A stretch of DNA of 64,000 nt from positions 1 through 64,000 of the forward strand of contig CDROCS010005637.1 of NCBI GenBank assembly GCA_977020255.1. The letters are read 5' to 3'. The stretch is from Obrimoposthia wandeli (lineage: Eukaryota). The stretch's first letter is position 1. Each line of letters opens with the position of its first letter. The notes under the pieces were generated by a model, which worked only from the letters and a program-made list of their open reading frames with translations, was not told the DNA's origin and did no database searches. Of this stretch, positions 29,501 to 38,192 are shown piece by piece. The translations under genes and the position numbers were made by a program.

Positions 29501-30067
29501 AGCCCGAAAGGCACTATGTCGCAGTACTTTAATACGTATATTAAACCACATGTACGCATGGGCGCGACACGTTGGACCTTCAAAAATAATATCGGTTTAA
29601 GTAATGAATCGTTAACCGTTTTCCGTGATTGGCAGAAAATTAAGAATGACTTTTTTGAATCGGGCCGCAGTACGCCAGAAGTCGAATTTGCCTTAAAAGC
29701 CAATTATTTAGACCGTGATATGCAGCAAATAAAAGTGCAGATAGATGATCAAGATTTTGTCTATCGTCATGATCCAATTCGTGTTAACGAGTATAGCTGG
29801 CCAAGTTCGGCAAACTTTGCCCAAATGCGCGTGATCTTTACCCCTGCAAATTATATGCGCACGGTAGAGAAGTCATACGAAGGTGATTGGGCATGGTTCC
29901 GATTCTTGGATGACATTGTTGCGCAGCGACCAAAAACACTAAAAGATAATATGCTCGAAATTAAAGTCCAAGGCCATACCGCTAAGATCCAATTGATCGC
30001 AGGCAGTGCTTCGACCCCATTTAAAACCCGTGAATTGGAGGCTTTCTCATGTCCAGCCAAGCTGTAG
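26516..30067 (+). CDS. tssM: T6SS membrane complex protein TssM (IcmF)
   Basis: LPWYVLIGPPGSGKTT Walker A, CDWWF, DTAGRY, QPING, TKADL and RYPF. Confidence 0.95.
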   Translation: MSFKQRMSKLLAFFTLKTLFIVIGIVAIVVCVWLAGPLIAIDGVTPLASMQNRFAFLAILLLLWIMSLVVKKVLVKRQNDKLAREMIKGQGNENDDIAAEQDISAIEDKLKQAIGILRTAKLSKGKSIYQLPWYVLIGPPGSGKTTALQQSGLQFPLQKEMGVNALAGIAGTRHCDWWFTDKAVLIDTAGRYTTQDSRSSTDSRAWFGFLGLLRRYRAKQPINGALISMSLADLLTCTQTERNLHARAIKQRIQELQNQLNMTFPIYVIFTKADLIAGFNEYFAEFSEDEREQAWGFTLPMENSEDAQGVVSLFNKEFYQLIVKINEGMLQRLNGERDPKVRALIYEFPKQLRLLQSAADDFLKEIFAPNAFEKLPLLRGAFIASGHQAGNPIDRVSSQMASGFGLKPSTPIIANHDEPKGFFLKSVLNDVIFAEQNIASINTEHARQNRWLRRTAITSICVSSAVLGAGWWASANWNQALSAQISEDVEAFKQNANGGLTTSSDLITLANGLTILRNLPTGYVGNLPEGWPNHLGLYQGDRLAQATNEVYQRALQRYLLSYVSKSLVSDMANNKTHIDYLYETLKTYLMLFEREYYNAEQIKSWFSFHLENNIPGDVNKNMRLELNEHLEVLLNNNAIQPEYNKLAVSDARDILLAVPLADRAFARIQQKAKQNQLADFKLTNMLPNESIGLFYRHSGEPMNKAIPALFTYEGFYKVFLTEHKQIIQVLTKDSWVYGEEVKGMGDDVEDQVIKQVKERYFKEYSYYWRDLIDDIALKPFDTASQGAYITKILTSPEQPIQKLLTAIQDNIELTKLPASEAAGKAGKLAGAVAAQKMPSATNRFNQYMPKDVSIDVALPGDSVEKVFPEILALEDTEVLQVQTQMKKVHALLEQLNRGQTSGDKIVNQHVNLRQAGEPIAELDKLIEDLPSPFAAMMKGVVDSTTQISLQSARYHLNDVWQGTVYNEYKKRIRGRYPFKRSAQNEVRIRDFSRFFSPKGTMSQYFNTYIKPHVRMGATRWTFKNNIGLSNESLTVFRDWQKIKNDFFESGRSTPEVEFALKANYLDRDMQQIKVQIDDQDFVYRHDPIRVNEYSWPSSANFAQMRVIFTPANYMRTVEKSYEGDWAWFRFLDDIVAQRPKTLKDNMLEIKVQGHTAKIQLIAGSASTPFKTRELEAFSCPAKL

Positions 30068-30804
30068 TAGAGGAACAATCAATGAATAGTGCCAAATTGA
30101 ACACTAAAACTATCGATATCATCACCGGTTATTGCGGCAAAATCCCAAGCTTGGGCGACTTTGTCAGCTTGGGTTTAGATCACAGCATTGAACAATCGTG
30201 GAATGAATGGGTACAAGCTGCGCTGGCTGTTAGTCGCGAAAAGCTACAAGGACAATGGTTGGATAATTATCTTACCTCGCCAATTTGGCACTTCGCCGTG
30301 AGTGGCGGTGTGTGTTCAGATCGTAGTTTCGGCGGTACCTTGATCCCGAGTGTGGATAACGTCGGGCGCTATTATCCTTTTACGTTGTTTTATCAAGCGG
30401 ATATAGACCCGTTGCAGTTCTGGCAGGAACAAGCATTTTTTCAACAAAATGAACAACAACTGTTGTCGATATTAGATGATAATTGCGTGTTGTTAAATTG
30501 GTATAAAAAATTGACGCCGTTGAGCCTTGATGTCACGCCGATCACGCCTTATAAGCAAACCTTGCTATCGCCTAACAGCCACCAGCAAAACTGGTTATTA
30601 ACGGCGACGGGCGAGCAAAGCGGGAGTATCGGCAGTGATCAATTAGGCCTGTTGCAACAAACATTAAATCAGCAATTTAATCGTTATAGCATTTGGTGGA
30701 CAGCGGGGTCTGACAAGATTGATCCTTGCACATTGATTTTTTCAGGTATGCCAAGTGCAGCAACGTATGCGGGCATGCTTGATGGTAATTGGACTCGGTC
30801 TTAA
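30049..30804 (+). CDS. tagF: T6SS post-translational repressor TagF
   Basis: GKIPSLGDFV, YLTSPIWHF, PSVDNVGRYYP and SIWWT. Confidence 0.92.
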   Translation: MSSQAVVEEQSMNSAKLNTKTIDIITGYCGKIPSLGDFVSLGLDHSIEQSWNEWVQAALAVSREKLQGQWLDNYLTSPIWHFAVSGGVCSDRSFGGTLIPSVDNVGRYYPFTLFYQADIDPLQFWQEQAFFQQNEQQLLSILDDNCVLLNWYKKLTPLSLDVTPITPYKQTLLSPNSHQQNWLLTATGEQSGSIGSDQLGLLQQTLNQQFNRYSIWWTAGSDKIDPCTLIFSGMPSAATYAGMLDGNWTRS

Positions 30805-30819
30805 CAGGAGATAATTAAG

Positions 30820-31611
30820 ATGTTAACAGAAATCGCGTTAAAATCTTTTGGCCAGAGTCATGTTGGCGCAGTGCGAAAAATTAACGAAGATAGCTTGTTG
30901 GAATACCCAGAGCAACATATCTGGGTTGTCGCCGATGGTATGGGCGGACATGCTGCGGGTGATGTCGCTAGTCAAATGCTGGTAGACACGATCACTCTGT
31001 ATATTAATGAGCATGCTTATCATGGCATCAGCATTAATGTCTTAAAACAAGCGATACAGACCGCTAACGAAAAGATCATGGCTTACAGTCATAGCCAACT
31101 CGCCGGTAAAACCGCAGGCACAACGGTGGTGTTATTGTGGATTGATGGCTACACCGCGCATTGGTTGTGGGCGGGTGACAGCCGTGGTTATCGTTTTTAC
31201 CATCAGGATTTAAAACAAGTAACGCGAGATCATTCCCATGTTAACGAACTGATTGACCAAGGCGTACTGAGTCCTGAAGAAGCCGAAAAGCACCCGATGG
31301 GTAATGTCATCACGCGTGCGATTGGGGTGGTTGATGATATCGACGTGGATCATATTTCCCATCCTGTGGTTGAAGGTGAAATGCTATTGCTGTGCAGCGA
31401 TGGTCTGACGGGTGAACTCTCAGATGCCTGTATCGCAGAGCAGTTACAGTTACAGCAACATAACGTTATCAATGCTGGGTCATCGCTGATGCACGCCGCG
31501 TTGGGCAAAGCCGCAAAGGATAATGTGAGCTTAATATTAGTGTCAGTATCGAGACCGAGTCAGGCAGATAGCTTTAAAGGTGATGATCTTACCGTGCCGC
31601 TATTTAGTTAA
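30820..31611 (+). CDS. pppA: PP2C-type phosphatase PppA
   Basis: GAVRKINED, VADGMGGH, GTT, AGDSR, DHS, CSDGL and DNVS. Confidence 0.92.
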   Translation: MLTEIALKSFGQSHVGAVRKINEDSLLEYPEQHIWVVADGMGGHAAGDVASQMLVDTITLYINEHAYHGISINVLKQAIQTANEKIMAYSHSQLAGKTAGTTVVLLWIDGYTAHWLWAGDSRGYRFYHQDLKQVTRDHSHVNELIDQGVLSPEEAEKHPMGNVITRAIGVVDDIDVDHISHPVVEGEMLLLCSDGLTGELSDACIAEQLQLQQHNVINAGSSLMHAALGKAAKDNVSLILVSVSRPSQADSFKGDDLTVPLFS

Positions 31612-31647
31612 TTAATTGTCTTTAACACATATACATGGATGTAGTAG

Positions 31648-32832
31648 ATGTCAGTATTAAACCAACAAATTATTGAAGATATAACACAGCCCATTAGTGG
31701 CGAACTACCTTGTGGTATTGATCCGCGCTCTGACACGTCACCCTTGTCTCAATACTATCGGTTAAAGGAAGTGCGAACCCGTACCAGAGCGGATGAACGT
31801 AGTGCGTTGATTGGTATTGACAGTGATGAATCAATCAATGATTTTGTCCGTGAATGGAGTCCAATAAAAGACGAAATCCCCCAGATACTCACAGGGGAAA
31901 CGAAAGACCTTGAGTATTGCGCTTGGTTAATTGAAGCCTTGTGCCGTACCGATGGTTTTGCCGGGTTAACGCTGGGTTTTACATTGGCGCACCAACTGAT
32001 TAGTCATTTTTGGGATGGTTTATATCCAAGCCCAGATGAAGATGGTTTAGAAACGCGTATCGCACCGTTACTTGGGCTAAACGGTTTTGAAGGGGAAGGG
32101 GTATTGTTAATGCCTATTTTATCTATTCCCTTGATTGAAACCGGATCTGGCGAACGGTATGCAACGTGGCAGATTGAACAAGCAAGTCAATTAAATAGTC
32201 TCAGTGCGGATAAACAAAAAACCAAAATTGCCGATGGTGCTATTTCGTTAAAACAAATAAAAGAAGCCTTAATCCAAATCAGCGATAGCGAATTGGTGAG
32301 CTTAAAAGACGATATTACCGCATCAATCGCTGCTTTTAGCATGCTTGCCGACAAAATGGATGAAGTGATGTCGGGCAGCCCGCAACCGACATCCAAAATA
32401 ACGGAAAAATTACAACATTGTGAAAATATTTTCACTTTTATTACCACAGAACGTTTTAACGTCATCAATGCTGAAACTGCGATGGAACAGTCTGCTGTGG
32501 TTGCTGCGCAAATTGATGAAGTTGGCACCGAGCAGGACGATGCAAATCGTAGCACTGACTCAACGGCACAAACGAAGACGGTGAGTGGTTATGATTTCAT
32601 GCAAATGGATCAATCGTTAAATAATCGCCACGAAGCCATTAAAGCATTACATAAAATTGAACATTATTTTCGCACCACAGAGCCGCACTCACCAATATCA
32701 TATGCAATTGCGCAAGCGATACGCTGGAGTGAGCTTAGCTTACCGGAGTTACTTGCAGAATTAGTGAGTGATCCGAGTGCCAGAACCGATTATTTCAAAC
32801 TCACTGGCATTAGCCAAGTTGAAGAGACATAA
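31648..32832 (+). CDS. tssA: T6SS TssA (ImpA N-domain, short form)
   Basis: PISGELPCG.D, KDLEYCAWLIEAL, FWDGLYP and FRTTEPHSPIS C-terminus. Confidence 0.92.
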   Translation: MSVLNQQIIEDITQPISGELPCGIDPRSDTSPLSQYYRLKEVRTRTRADERSALIGIDSDESINDFVREWSPIKDEIPQILTGETKDLEYCAWLIEALCRTDGFAGLTLGFTLAHQLISHFWDGLYPSPDEDGLETRIAPLLGLNGFEGEGVLLMPILSIPLIETGSGERYATWQIEQASQLNSLSADKQKTKIADGAISLKQIKEALIQISDSELVSLKDDITASIAAFSMLADKMDEVMSGSPQPTSKITEKLQHCENIFTFITTERFNVINAETAMEQSAVVAAQIDEVGTEQDDANRSTDSTAQTKTVSGYDFMQMDQSLNNRHEAIKALHKIEHYFRTTEPHSPISYAIAQAIRWSELSLPELLAELVSDPSARTDYFKLTGISQVEET

Positions 32833-32901
32833 ACGATTAGCAGTAAACAACGACGAGTAACAACATAACGATTAGCAGTAAATAACGATGAGTAATAACA
32901 A
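32832..32901 (+). repeat. 35-bp direct repeat x2 upstream of tssB
   Basis: AACGATTAGCAGTAAA(C/T)AACGA(C/T)GAGTAA.. at 32832 and 32867. Confidence 0.75.
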
Positions 32902-32928
32902 ACAATCGACAGTAAATACCAATAACCA

Positions 32929-32947
32929 AATAATGATAATCATTACA
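32929..32947. promoter_or_regulatory. Fur box upstream of tssB
   Basis: AATAATGATAATCATTACA matches GATAATGATAATCATTATC at 16/19, with 16 contiguous identities, 20 nt before the tssB ATG. Confidence 0.7.
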
Positions 32948-32967
32948 TCTTAATTTAAGGAATAGCT

Positions 32968-33474
32968 ATGGAAAGCGTACAATCAAAATTATCAAGAGTA
33001 CGTACCCCACGGGTACATATTACGTACGATGTTGAAACAGGTGGCGCCATTGCCAAAAAGGAATTACCTTTTGTCGTGGGCATTATGGGTGACTTTGCGG
33101 GTGAAAATAAAACCTCATTGAAACCGTTAAAAGATCGTCGTTTTGTACAGATTGATAGAGACAACTTTGACGATGTGCTAAAGCGCATGAACCCAATGTT
33201 AGAGTTTAAAGTGGATAACACACTGACCGATGAAGAAGGCCAGGAAATGAGTGTTAACCTTGAATTCAATTCATTGGCTGACTTTGAACCTGCGGCTGTT
33301 GTTAATCAAGTTGAACCATTACGTAAATTAATGGAAACACGTAATAAGTTACGCGACTTGATGACTAAAGTAGATCGTTCAGAAGAACTTGAAGATATCT
33401 TAGAAAAAGTCCTCAGCAACAGTGCCGATCTAGAGCAGTTAGCGAATGAACTCGACCTTGGGGAGAAAGTATAA
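32968..33474 (+). CDS. tssB: T6SS sheath small subunit TssB
   Basis: [32 protein letters not shown] and DFEPAAV. Confidence 0.97.
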   Translation: MESVQSKLSRVRTPRVHITYDVETGGAIAKKELPFVVGIMGDFAGENKTSLKPLKDRRFVQIDRDNFDDVLKRMNPMLEFKVDNTLTDEEGQEMSVNLEFNSLADFEPAAVVNQVEPLRKLMETRNKLRDLMTKVDRSEELEDILEKVLSNSADLEQLANELDLGEKV

Positions 33475-34961
33475 TGTCTGATATTGCAGCAGCACAAGAA
33501 CTCGAGTCAACAGCAGAACAAGTCTCAATACTTGACCAAGTTATTGGTGCCACAAAACAAACTGAAACATCGCGTTCAGAAGAATTGATTAAAACGTTAA
33601 CCGAAGAAGCGTTAAACGGCACTGTTAGCTGGAATAAGAACCTGACGGTTACCTTCAATGAATCGATTGCAGCACTTGACGCAAAAATTTCTAAGCAGTT
33701 AGCTAAAATTATGCATCATGACAAATTCCAAAAATTGGAAGGCTCATGGCGTGGTGTGCACAACTTGGTCACAAGTTCAGAAACCGGTGGTTCGTTAAAG
33801 CTGCGCTTGATTTCGATGACTAAAAAAGAACTGCATAAAGATTTAAGTAAAGCGGTTGAGTTTGATCAAAGCCAGATCTTTAAAAAGGTTTATGAAGGTG
33901 AGTTTGGTATTGCTGGTGGCGAACCATTTGGTGCAATTGTTGGTGATTATGAATTCAGTAATCATCCAGAAGACATTGAGTGTCTTTCGTTAATGTCGAA
34001 TGTATCCGCGTCTGGTTTCTGCCCGTTCTTATCGGCATCGGCACCTGAGTTATTTGGTTTTGATTCTTGGAATGAAATGGATAAACCGCGTGATTTAAGT
34101 AAAGTATTTGAATCATTAGAATACACCAAATGGAATTCATTCCGTGAAAGTGCAGACTCACGTTTTGTGACACTGACTATGCCGCGTGTTTTAGCGCGTT
34201 TACCGTATGGTGAAGCGACATCGCCGGTTGAAGAGTTCCGTTACGAAGAATTTGAATTGGCAGACGACGGTCTTTCATCAAAAGAGACAGATCATGATGA
34301 CTACTGTTGGTCAAATGCAGCTTATGCATTGGCATCTCGCCTAACGGAAGCATTTTCAAAATATGGTTTCTGTACCGCTATTCGTGGTGCTGAAGGTGGT
34401 GGTAAAGTCACAGGCCTACCAACGCATACTTTCACCAGTAATGATGGCGACCCAACGATTAAATGCCCGACAGAAATTGGTATTACCGACCGTCGTGAAG
34501 CGGAATTAAGCAAACTTGGTTTCTTGCCAATCTGTCACTATAAAGACAAAGATTTCGCGGTATTCTTTGGCGCACAATCTTGTCAAAAAGCAGCTCAATT
34601 TGCAGATCCAGATGCACAAGCAAATGCGTCAATTTCAACGCGTTTACCTTATATTATGGCAACGTCACGCTTTGCACATTACCTCAAAGTAATGGGCCGA
34701 GATAAAGTGGGTAGCTTTGCTGAAGCAAAAGATCTTGAAAATTGGTTGAACCGTTGGATCCTTGGTTTTGTTAATGCTTCTGAAGGTGGTGGTCAAGAAA
34801 TTCGAGCTAAATACCCATTAGCGGATGCTAAAGTGAGTGTAGCTGAAATTCCAGGTAAACCAGGTAGCTATAACGCGATTGCATGGATGCGTCCGTGGTT
34901 ACAAATGGAAGAGTTAAGCTCGTCGTTACGTCTTGTAGCTAAAATTCCAGAAGGTAATTAA
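33474..34961 (+). CDS. tssC: T6SS sheath large subunit TssC (copy 1)
   Basis: FQKLEGSWRG, EFGIAGGEPF, RVLARLPYG, RGAEGGG, KCPTE and RLPY..SRFAHYLK. Confidence 0.97.
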   Translation: MSDIAAAQELESTAEQVSILDQVIGATKQTETSRSEELIKTLTEEALNGTVSWNKNLTVTFNESIAALDAKISKQLAKIMHHDKFQKLEGSWRGVHNLVTSSETGGSLKLRLISMTKKELHKDLSKAVEFDQSQIFKKVYEGEFGIAGGEPFGAIVGDYEFSNHPEDIECLSLMSNVSASGFCPFLSASAPELFGFDSWNEMDKPRDLSKVFESLEYTKWNSFRESADSRFVTLTMPRVLARLPYGEATSPVEEFRYEEFELADDGLSSKETDHDDYCWSNAAYALASRLTEAFSKYGFCTAIRGAEGGGKVTGLPTHTFTSNDGDPTIKCPTEIGITDRREAELSKLGFLPICHYKDKDFAVFFGAQSCQKAAQFADPDAQANASISTRLPYIMATSRFAHYLKVMGRDKVGSFAEAKDLENWLNRWILGFVNASEGGGQEIRAKYPLADAKVSVAEIPGKPGSYNAIAWMRPWLQMEELSSSLRLVAKIPEGN

Positions 34962-34970
34962 AAGCTATTC

Positions 34971-35033
34971 TTAATTGGTTAATTGGTTAATTGGCTATTT
35001 GTTAATACGTTAATACGTTAATAGGTTAATTAG
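34971..35033. repeat. 8-bp microsatellite-like tract
   Basis: TTAATTGG x3, TTAATACG x2, TTAATAGG and TTAATTAG. Confidence 0.75.
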
Positions 35034-35062
35034 TCAATAAATCACTAAGAAAAAGACGAAAC

Positions 35063-35095
35063 AAAGTAGCAGGTTGCTGACCTGCTTACTTTTAT
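35063..35095 (+). terminator. Probable intrinsic terminator/attenuator after tssC1
   Basis: AAAGTAGCAGGT-tgctg-ACCTGCT(t)ACTTT followed by more T. Confidence 0.55.
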
Positions 35096-35121
35096 TCTAT
35101 GCATATTGTTAAGGGAGTAGC

Positions 35122-36747
35122 ATGATGCAGCAAACCATTATAAAACAGTCCGAGACAGTAGACATTAAAACGTCGAGCGCTAACGACAATAACACTAAGA
35201 ACCAAACTAATCGTGCTTTTGTATTGAATGCTGCGTACATTTTGCAGCAGGACTTTTTAGAACAAATGGATGTTGAAGACGACCTCAGTATTGAAGAGTT
35301 ATTAGTTTGGCTCGTAGATAACGGCATGCAATCACAAGGGCATTTCAGGCAAGAGCTTAACGCTACCTTGACTCAATTGTTAACTGACCTTGATGAAATG
35401 TTGAATAGCATGATGAATAACATCCTCCATAACGATAAGTTTCAACGACTTGAAGCAAGTTGGCGTGGTGTGCATTATCTGGTACAACAAGAACAAGCGA
35501 TTGACCGCGAAGAGTTAATTCAAGTTCGAATGCTGTGCGTTTCTTGGCAGGAAATATCGAGAGATTTTAGCCGCGCCATCGAATTTGATCAAAGCAATCT
35601 ATACCGTCTTATTTACAGTAATGAATTTGGTCAAGCGGGTGGTCAGCCGTTTGGTTTATTGCTCGGTGATTATCAAATTACGAATCGCATTCAACCGGGC
35701 AATTCATTATCAGACATTGATATTCTGCGTAATATGACCCAAGTCTCTGCCGCTGCTTTTGCGCCATTCGTGGCCTCGGCTAGCCCACAGTTTTTCGGTG
35801 TTAACAGCTTTGCTGAATTAGGCCTTGGCGTTGATATTGATAAACATTTTGATCAGGTCGAGTATACGCAGTGGCGCCGTTTACGGGATACTGAAGATGC
35901 TCGATATCTTGGGCTCACCGTCCCTTATATGTTAATGCGTCGTCCTTATGAAGACGATGGTCGTTTCCATCACAAATTTCGTTTTCGTGAACGTATCGAA
36001 AATCCTGAAAAAGACAATTTATGGGGCAATATTGGTTACGCGTTTGCTGTTATTTTGATGCGTTCTTTTGCAAGTTCTAAATGGTTTGCACAGATCCGCG
36101 GGGTTAATCAGGGCGAAGTCAGTCGTGGATTAGTCGATCAATATCCACATCATTATTTTGGCGCAGAAGCGTCATTGAACATGAGTTCTGACGTCTATAA
36201 ACGCCGTAACCAAATACCCCTGAACATGTATGTCAGTGAACGGTTAGAAAAGCAATTTTCAGAAGCGGGTTTTATCCCGTTATCGGTACTACAACACACC
36301 GACAAGTTGGCCTTTTTCAGTAATTCATCGGTACAAAAAGCAGCAAACCATGTGCATAACGGCATGCAAGTAACAACGGACGCGAAAATAGCGCAAGTTA
36401 ACGCCCGCCTTGCGACGATGCTGCAATATATTCTTTGTGTGTCACGATTTGCCCATGCGATTAAAGTAATTGGCCGCGAAAAAGTGGGTAGTTATTTAAC
36501 GGCACCGCAGATCCAAAGTGATATTCAAAAATGGCTGCAGGGATATACCGCCGCTGCAGGCACGTCTTCAGATGAAGTCAGATGCAAGCGACCGCTGAGT
36601 GAAGCGCGAGTCGAAGTACACGAAGTGAAAGGCAAAACAGGCCATTTCTATTCCGTCATACATTTAAAACCACATTTTCAATTAGATCAAATGGTGTCCT
36701 CGATACGCTTGATTACCGAATTGGCGAGCAGCGATGTCGCCGTATAG
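35122..36747 (+). CDS. tssC: Second, divergent TssC paralogue (TssC2)
   Basis: FQRLEASWRG, EFGQAGGQPFG, SRFAHAIKVIGR and PHFQLD. Confidence 0.93.
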   Translation: MMQQTIIKQSETVDIKTSSANDNNTKNQTNRAFVLNAAYILQQDFLEQMDVEDDLSIEELLVWLVDNGMQSQGHFRQELNATLTQLLTDLDEMLNSMMNNILHNDKFQRLEASWRGVHYLVQQEQAIDREELIQVRMLCVSWQEISRDFSRAIEFDQSNLYRLIYSNEFGQAGGQPFGLLLGDYQITNRIQPGNSLSDIDILRNMTQVSAAAFAPFVASASPQFFGVNSFAELGLGVDIDKHFDQVEYTQWRRLRDTEDARYLGLTVPYMLMRRPYEDDGRFHHKFRFRERIENPEKDNLWGNIGYAFAVILMRSFASSKWFAQIRGVNQGEVSRGLVDQYPHHYFGAEASLNMSSDVYKRRNQIPLNMYVSERLEKQFSEAGFIPLSVLQHTDKLAFFSNSSVQKAANHVHNGMQVTTDAKIAQVNARLATMLQYILCVSRFAHAIKVIGREKVGSYLTAPQIQSDIQKWLQGYTAAAGTSSDEVRCKRPLSEARVEVHEVKGKTGHFYSVIHLKPHFQLDQMVSSIRLITELASSDVAV

Positions 36748-36779
36748 CGGGACAAGACCGTAAAAGTCAGATATTTAAA

Positions 36780-37640
36780 GTGAACAGTACAACATTCGTC
36801 ATGCATAAGGATATGAACATGCAACAAATAAAACAGTTAGTTGAAACCGGCAAGCTACAAGAAGCAATTAGTTATTGTCAGGCAACATTAAAAAAACAAC
36901 CGTTAGACACCGACATTCGCAGTGCTTATATCGAGTTATTATGTGTTAATGGCGAGTTAGATAAAGCCGATAAACAAATTAACGTGTTGCTTGGGCAAGC
37001 GCCAGACACCGCGATTGGTGGTAAGAACGTGCAACAACTAATCCGTGCACAACAATCTCGCGTGGACTTCTCGCAAGGGGGGGCTACTGCCGATGTTTTC
37101 AGTGACGTTGATACCGAGCTTAAAGCGATTGTAGCCTTACAAGTCGCCATTCAAGACCACAATAATGCCGATATTGTCAGTCAATGTGCTGCGTTAGAAA
37201 GTGCGCGTTACCAGTCAAACCCGACACAACCACGTGATCTTGATGATAGTCTTGCCGGTTATCTGGAAGTGCTGGGTACTAATGGGAAGTTTTATCTCGT
37301 TAAGTTTTCAGAAATTAGCCTATTAGAATGGCAAGCGCCAACGTCAATATTAGAACAAGTATGGCGTCGTGTGCATATTGACATTATCAACGGCCCAAGT
37401 GGCGATGCATTCATTCCATTAACCTACCTGAATAGCCAATCTGATGCCGAAAAACTTGGCCGCGAAACTGATTGGCAAGCCATTAGCCAAGCGACAGACG
37501 AAGACGAAATTATGTACCAAGGTGTGGGGCATAAAATGTTATTGATTGGTGAGTCTGCGCTGCGCCTGACTGATTTTTCATGTGATCTAGATGCTAACGA
37601 AACCGATGTTGCTACAGCATCTCAAGCAGCGTTAGTTTAA
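36780..37640 (+). CDS. tagJ: T6SS accessory TagJ/ImpE (likely ATG 36813)
   Basis: N-terminal TPR-like region, RDLDDSL, FIPLTY and LGRETDW..GVGHKML. Confidence 0.85.
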   Translation: MNSTTFVMHKDMNMQQIKQLVETGKLQEAISYCQATLKKQPLDTDIRSAYIELLCVNGELDKADKQINVLLGQAPDTAIGGKNVQQLIRAQQSRVDFSQGGATADVFSDVDTELKAIVALQVAIQDHNNADIVSQCAALESARYQSNPTQPRDLDDSLAGYLEVLGTNGKFYLVKFSEISLLEWQAPTSILEQVWRRVHIDIINGPSGDAFIPLTYLNSQSDAEKLGRETDWQAISQATDEDEIMYQGVGHKMLLIGESALRLTDFSCDLDANETDVATASQAALV

Positions 37641-38131
37641 TGGCAGTACACAATAAACAGCTTATCGAAGCATCATTGTTAGATAAGCTGATTGATTTAG
37701 AGCCTAATATCACGAATGCCCAAGAAAAACGTACCGGTATAACAGTACGGGCATTACGTCGTGCCATGAAGCGCGATCTGGAAAACTTATTAAACTCGAA
37801 GGTCAAATGGCTGAATTGGCCATACTATTACAGTGAACTTGATAATTCCTTATTTAATTATGGTTTACCTGATTTCTCGGGTGTACCAGTAGGGACCATT
37901 GATGGCAGGCTGGCGTTATGCGCCAAAGTCAAAGAAACCATCATGCGTTTTGAACCACGTATTATTGAGGTAAATGTAGAGCCTGTTGATGTTGCTGACG
38001 ATATTGACCGGTCATTGAAGTTGCGCATTGAAGCGCTGATGCATGCAGATCCACACCCTGAACTGATCAGTTTAGAATCTGAAGTCGAACCCGTATATCT
38101 GGGTATTTCAGTGTCAGACAATTTGTATTAA
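37640..38131 (+). CDS. tssE: T6SS baseplate TssE (gp25-like)
   Basis: SLLDKL, RDLENLLN, NYGLPD and FEPRI. Confidence 0.93.
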   Translation: MAVHNKQLIEASLLDKLIDLEPNITNAQEKRTGITVRALRRAMKRDLENLLNSKVKWLNWPYYYSELDNSLFNYGLPDFSGVPVGTIDGRLALCAKVKETIMRFEPRIIEVNVEPVDVADDIDRSLKLRIEALMHADPHPELISLESEVEPVYLGISVSDNLY

Positions 38132-38162
38132 TTGTTAATTGTTAACTGTTAATTGTTGATTT
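38128..38162. repeat. 7-bp tandem repeat TTAATTG x4-5
   Basis: Direct reading between tssE and tssF. Confidence 0.75.
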
Positions 38163-38192
38163 TATTGTTGTAACAAACCATAGGCTGTATAT

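Noticed and set aside
32832-32915. 35-bp direct repeats considered as a mini CRISPR array
   Set aside because: The copies are adjacent with no spacers, there are only two, and no cas genes are present.
35122-36747. Second tssC as a novelty
   Set aside because: Two TssC paralogues are already known in this T6SS subtype (Vibrio T6SS2, Agrobacterium).
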